Positions 62,507 to 64,000 of a stretch of DNA of 64,000 nt are shown here, one piece after another. Positions within the stretch are counted from its first letter, which is position 1. Each line of letters begins with the position of its first letter. The notes beneath the pieces were generated by a model, which did not search any database, was not told the DNA's origin, and saw only the letters and a program-made list of their open reading frames with translations. The DNA comes from Gemmatales bacterium (lineage in GTDB: Bacteria > Planctomycetota > Planctomycetia > Gemmatales > HRBIN36): positions 608,001 to 672,000 of the forward strand of contig JBEPZY010000001.1 of assembly GCA_041640595.1 (NCBI GenBank). The letters run 5' to 3'. The position numbers and the translations under genes are program-made.

Positions 62507-63928
62507 TCACTTACGCTTGGCCTGTGCCCAGATTGGGCCATAGACTTCTTTGTCAAAAGGCGGGCATCCGGTAGGAAACTGTCCCAGTGGGTGGTGCTTG
62601 GAACGCATCAGTGCCGTGCAATAGCTGAAAGTGCGACAGACACGGCGACGGTCGAGGCCGCCACTTTGGACAAGCTGACGGACGAAATCAGGTTGAGCGA
62701 GAGCGGCCCGTCCAACTCCGACGATGGAAACTCTTCCACGAGCAACGTTAGCCGCTGCTGCCTGGAACAAAAATTCCTGCAAATAGCTGTACCCGCTGCC
62801 TACCACAACCAGGTCGGGAAACGTTCGCTGCACCGCTTCGGTAAGCCGAAAATGACGGGCCACGCCGACCAGTGGCGGTTCCGGCGTTTCGTAACCGTCG
62901 GGAGGTGGATACTCGAACGGCCGAGTCAAATGCGGCGAGGCATAAGGGTTGCCCATACTGATATTCACCACCGTCACCCCTAGCTGCCGCATTTGCTCGA
63001 TCCAGCGAATTGGCTCTTCCAAATCGGGTTGTTGTGGATCGAGCGGTGAAGTCCCCCAGGCGCTGAGAACCGGCAGGGAAAACGGCCAGGGTTCACCGGG
63101 ACCGTCAGGATTGCCCGGCGGCCGACGATAAGGCAACCCGTCATAAACGTTTAGCCGGGTAAAAATCAGCAACTGTGGTACTTCTTGCCGAATCCGCGTA
63201 ATAATGTTGCGGACCAGGCGAGTGCGATTTTCAAAATCCCCGCCATATTGCCCCGGTCGTAACCGTGCCGCCAGCAATTCATTGAGCAGATAACGATGGC
63301 ATTGTTTGATATCCACGAACTGGCAACCGATCTGATAGGCCCACCGCGCTGCCCTTACGAAAGCTTCCTCGACAAGTTCCAGTTCCGCATCGCTGAGTAA
63401 GGGATAGCTGCTGTCCACAAACTTGCCCGAGCTGCGGTCAAAAGTGATCGGGTCGAGCAAAGGATCGTGCATGGCCAATAACGGCCGCCAATGACTGTAC
63501 CGTCCGGAATGCGTCAGCTGCAGGCCAACAAGCAAGTCGCTGTCATTGCCCCAGGTCTGACGGTGTGCCTGGCGACATTCCGCTAACAGGCGTTCCAGAG
63601 CGGAAAGATTTTCGGGGATGAGACACAATTGGCGTGGATTAGCCCGCGCCTCCGGAAGAATCGCCGTCGCTTCGCCCCAGATCAGCTTCGCACCGCCAGC
63701 ACCAAAACGGCGATAGCGTCGGAACGTTAGCTCATCCGGAGCGCCCTCCAGGGTGCCATCGCAGCCTTCCATAGGCTGAATGCACAAACGGTTTCCCAGC
63801 CGATAAGGCCCTATCGAAATCGGTTGCCACAGCGGCGACAGATCGTCTTGCAGGTAAATTTCCACCTGCAGAGCTGCCGCAGCCCGGAGCAATTGTTCGG
63901 CAGTGCGAAAATGAAAGTACCTGGCCAT
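62507..63928 (-). CDS. NADH:flavin oxidoreductase (old yellow enzyme family)
   Basis: NR..IQPMEGCD, EATA, QLTHSGR, K.CH.YLL.E.L.A and YGGDFENR.R. Confidence 0.9.
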   Translation of the reverse strand: MARYFHFRTAEQLLRAAAALQVEIYLQDDLSPLWQPISIGPYRLGNRLCIQPMEGCDGTLEGAPDELTFRRYRRFGAGGAKLIWGEATAILPEARANPRQLCLIPENLSALERLLAECRQAHRQTWGNDSDLLVGLQLTHSGRYSHWRPLLAMHDPLLDPITFDRSSGKFVDSSYPLLSDAELELVEEAFVRAARWAYQIGCQFVDIKQCHRYLLNELLAARLRPGQYGGDFENRTRLVRNIITRIRQEVPQLLIFTRLNVYDGLPYRRPPGNPDGPGEPWPFSLPVLSAWGTSPLDPQQPDLEEPIRWIEQMRQLGVTVVNISMGNPYASPHLTRPFEYPPPDGYETPEPPLVGVARHFRLTEAVQRTFPDLVVVGSGYSYLQEFLFQAAAANVARGRVSIVGVGRAALAQPDFVRQLVQSGGLDRRRVCRTFSYCTALMRSKHHPLGQFPTGCPPFDKEVYGPIWAQAKRK

Positions 63929-64000
63929 AATTCCACCCCGGTTGGTCTTTCAATGTACCGCAACTCCAGCGGCCGGCAAATATTCGTGCCCATTCGCCAA

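Overview
A 64-kb, mostly housekeeping chromosomal segment of a planctomycete. The lineage is inferred from a DUF1559 prepilin-like gene with its partner lipoprotein, an HTH-PTS IIA fusion and several planctomycete-type hypothetical proteins. I can support about 45 protein-coding genes. Recognisable ones are mqnD (partial), glgC, rsfS, argS, truA, aroA, polX, groES/groEL, psuG, a DksA/TraR-family gene, lspA, truD, argG, thrC, pyrD, a copA-type ATPase, queC and queF. There are five tRNAs (Gln-CTG, Leu-CAG, Gly-CCC, Ser-GCT, Phe-GAA). I saw no integrase, transposase, prophage, CRISPR array or rRNA. The most notable observations are: (1) a 43-aa, extremely basic C4 zinc-ribbon ORF (52063-52194, minus) missing from the ORF track, with a good RBS, eL40-like cysteine spacing and a position upstream of a tRNA pair; (2) a methyltransferase / FAD-oxidoreductase / type III PKS cluster; (3) a Ddl-like ATP-grasp protein with several nucleotide-binding residues substituted, following a B12-type radical SAM gene; (4) candidate sigma28 promoters in front of a lipoprotein-BON operon and dksA-lspA, and a candidate sigma54 promoter in front of groES; (5) an overlapping NAT-DUF4416-mqnD operon. 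All assignments come from motif recognition by eye; no database searches were run.
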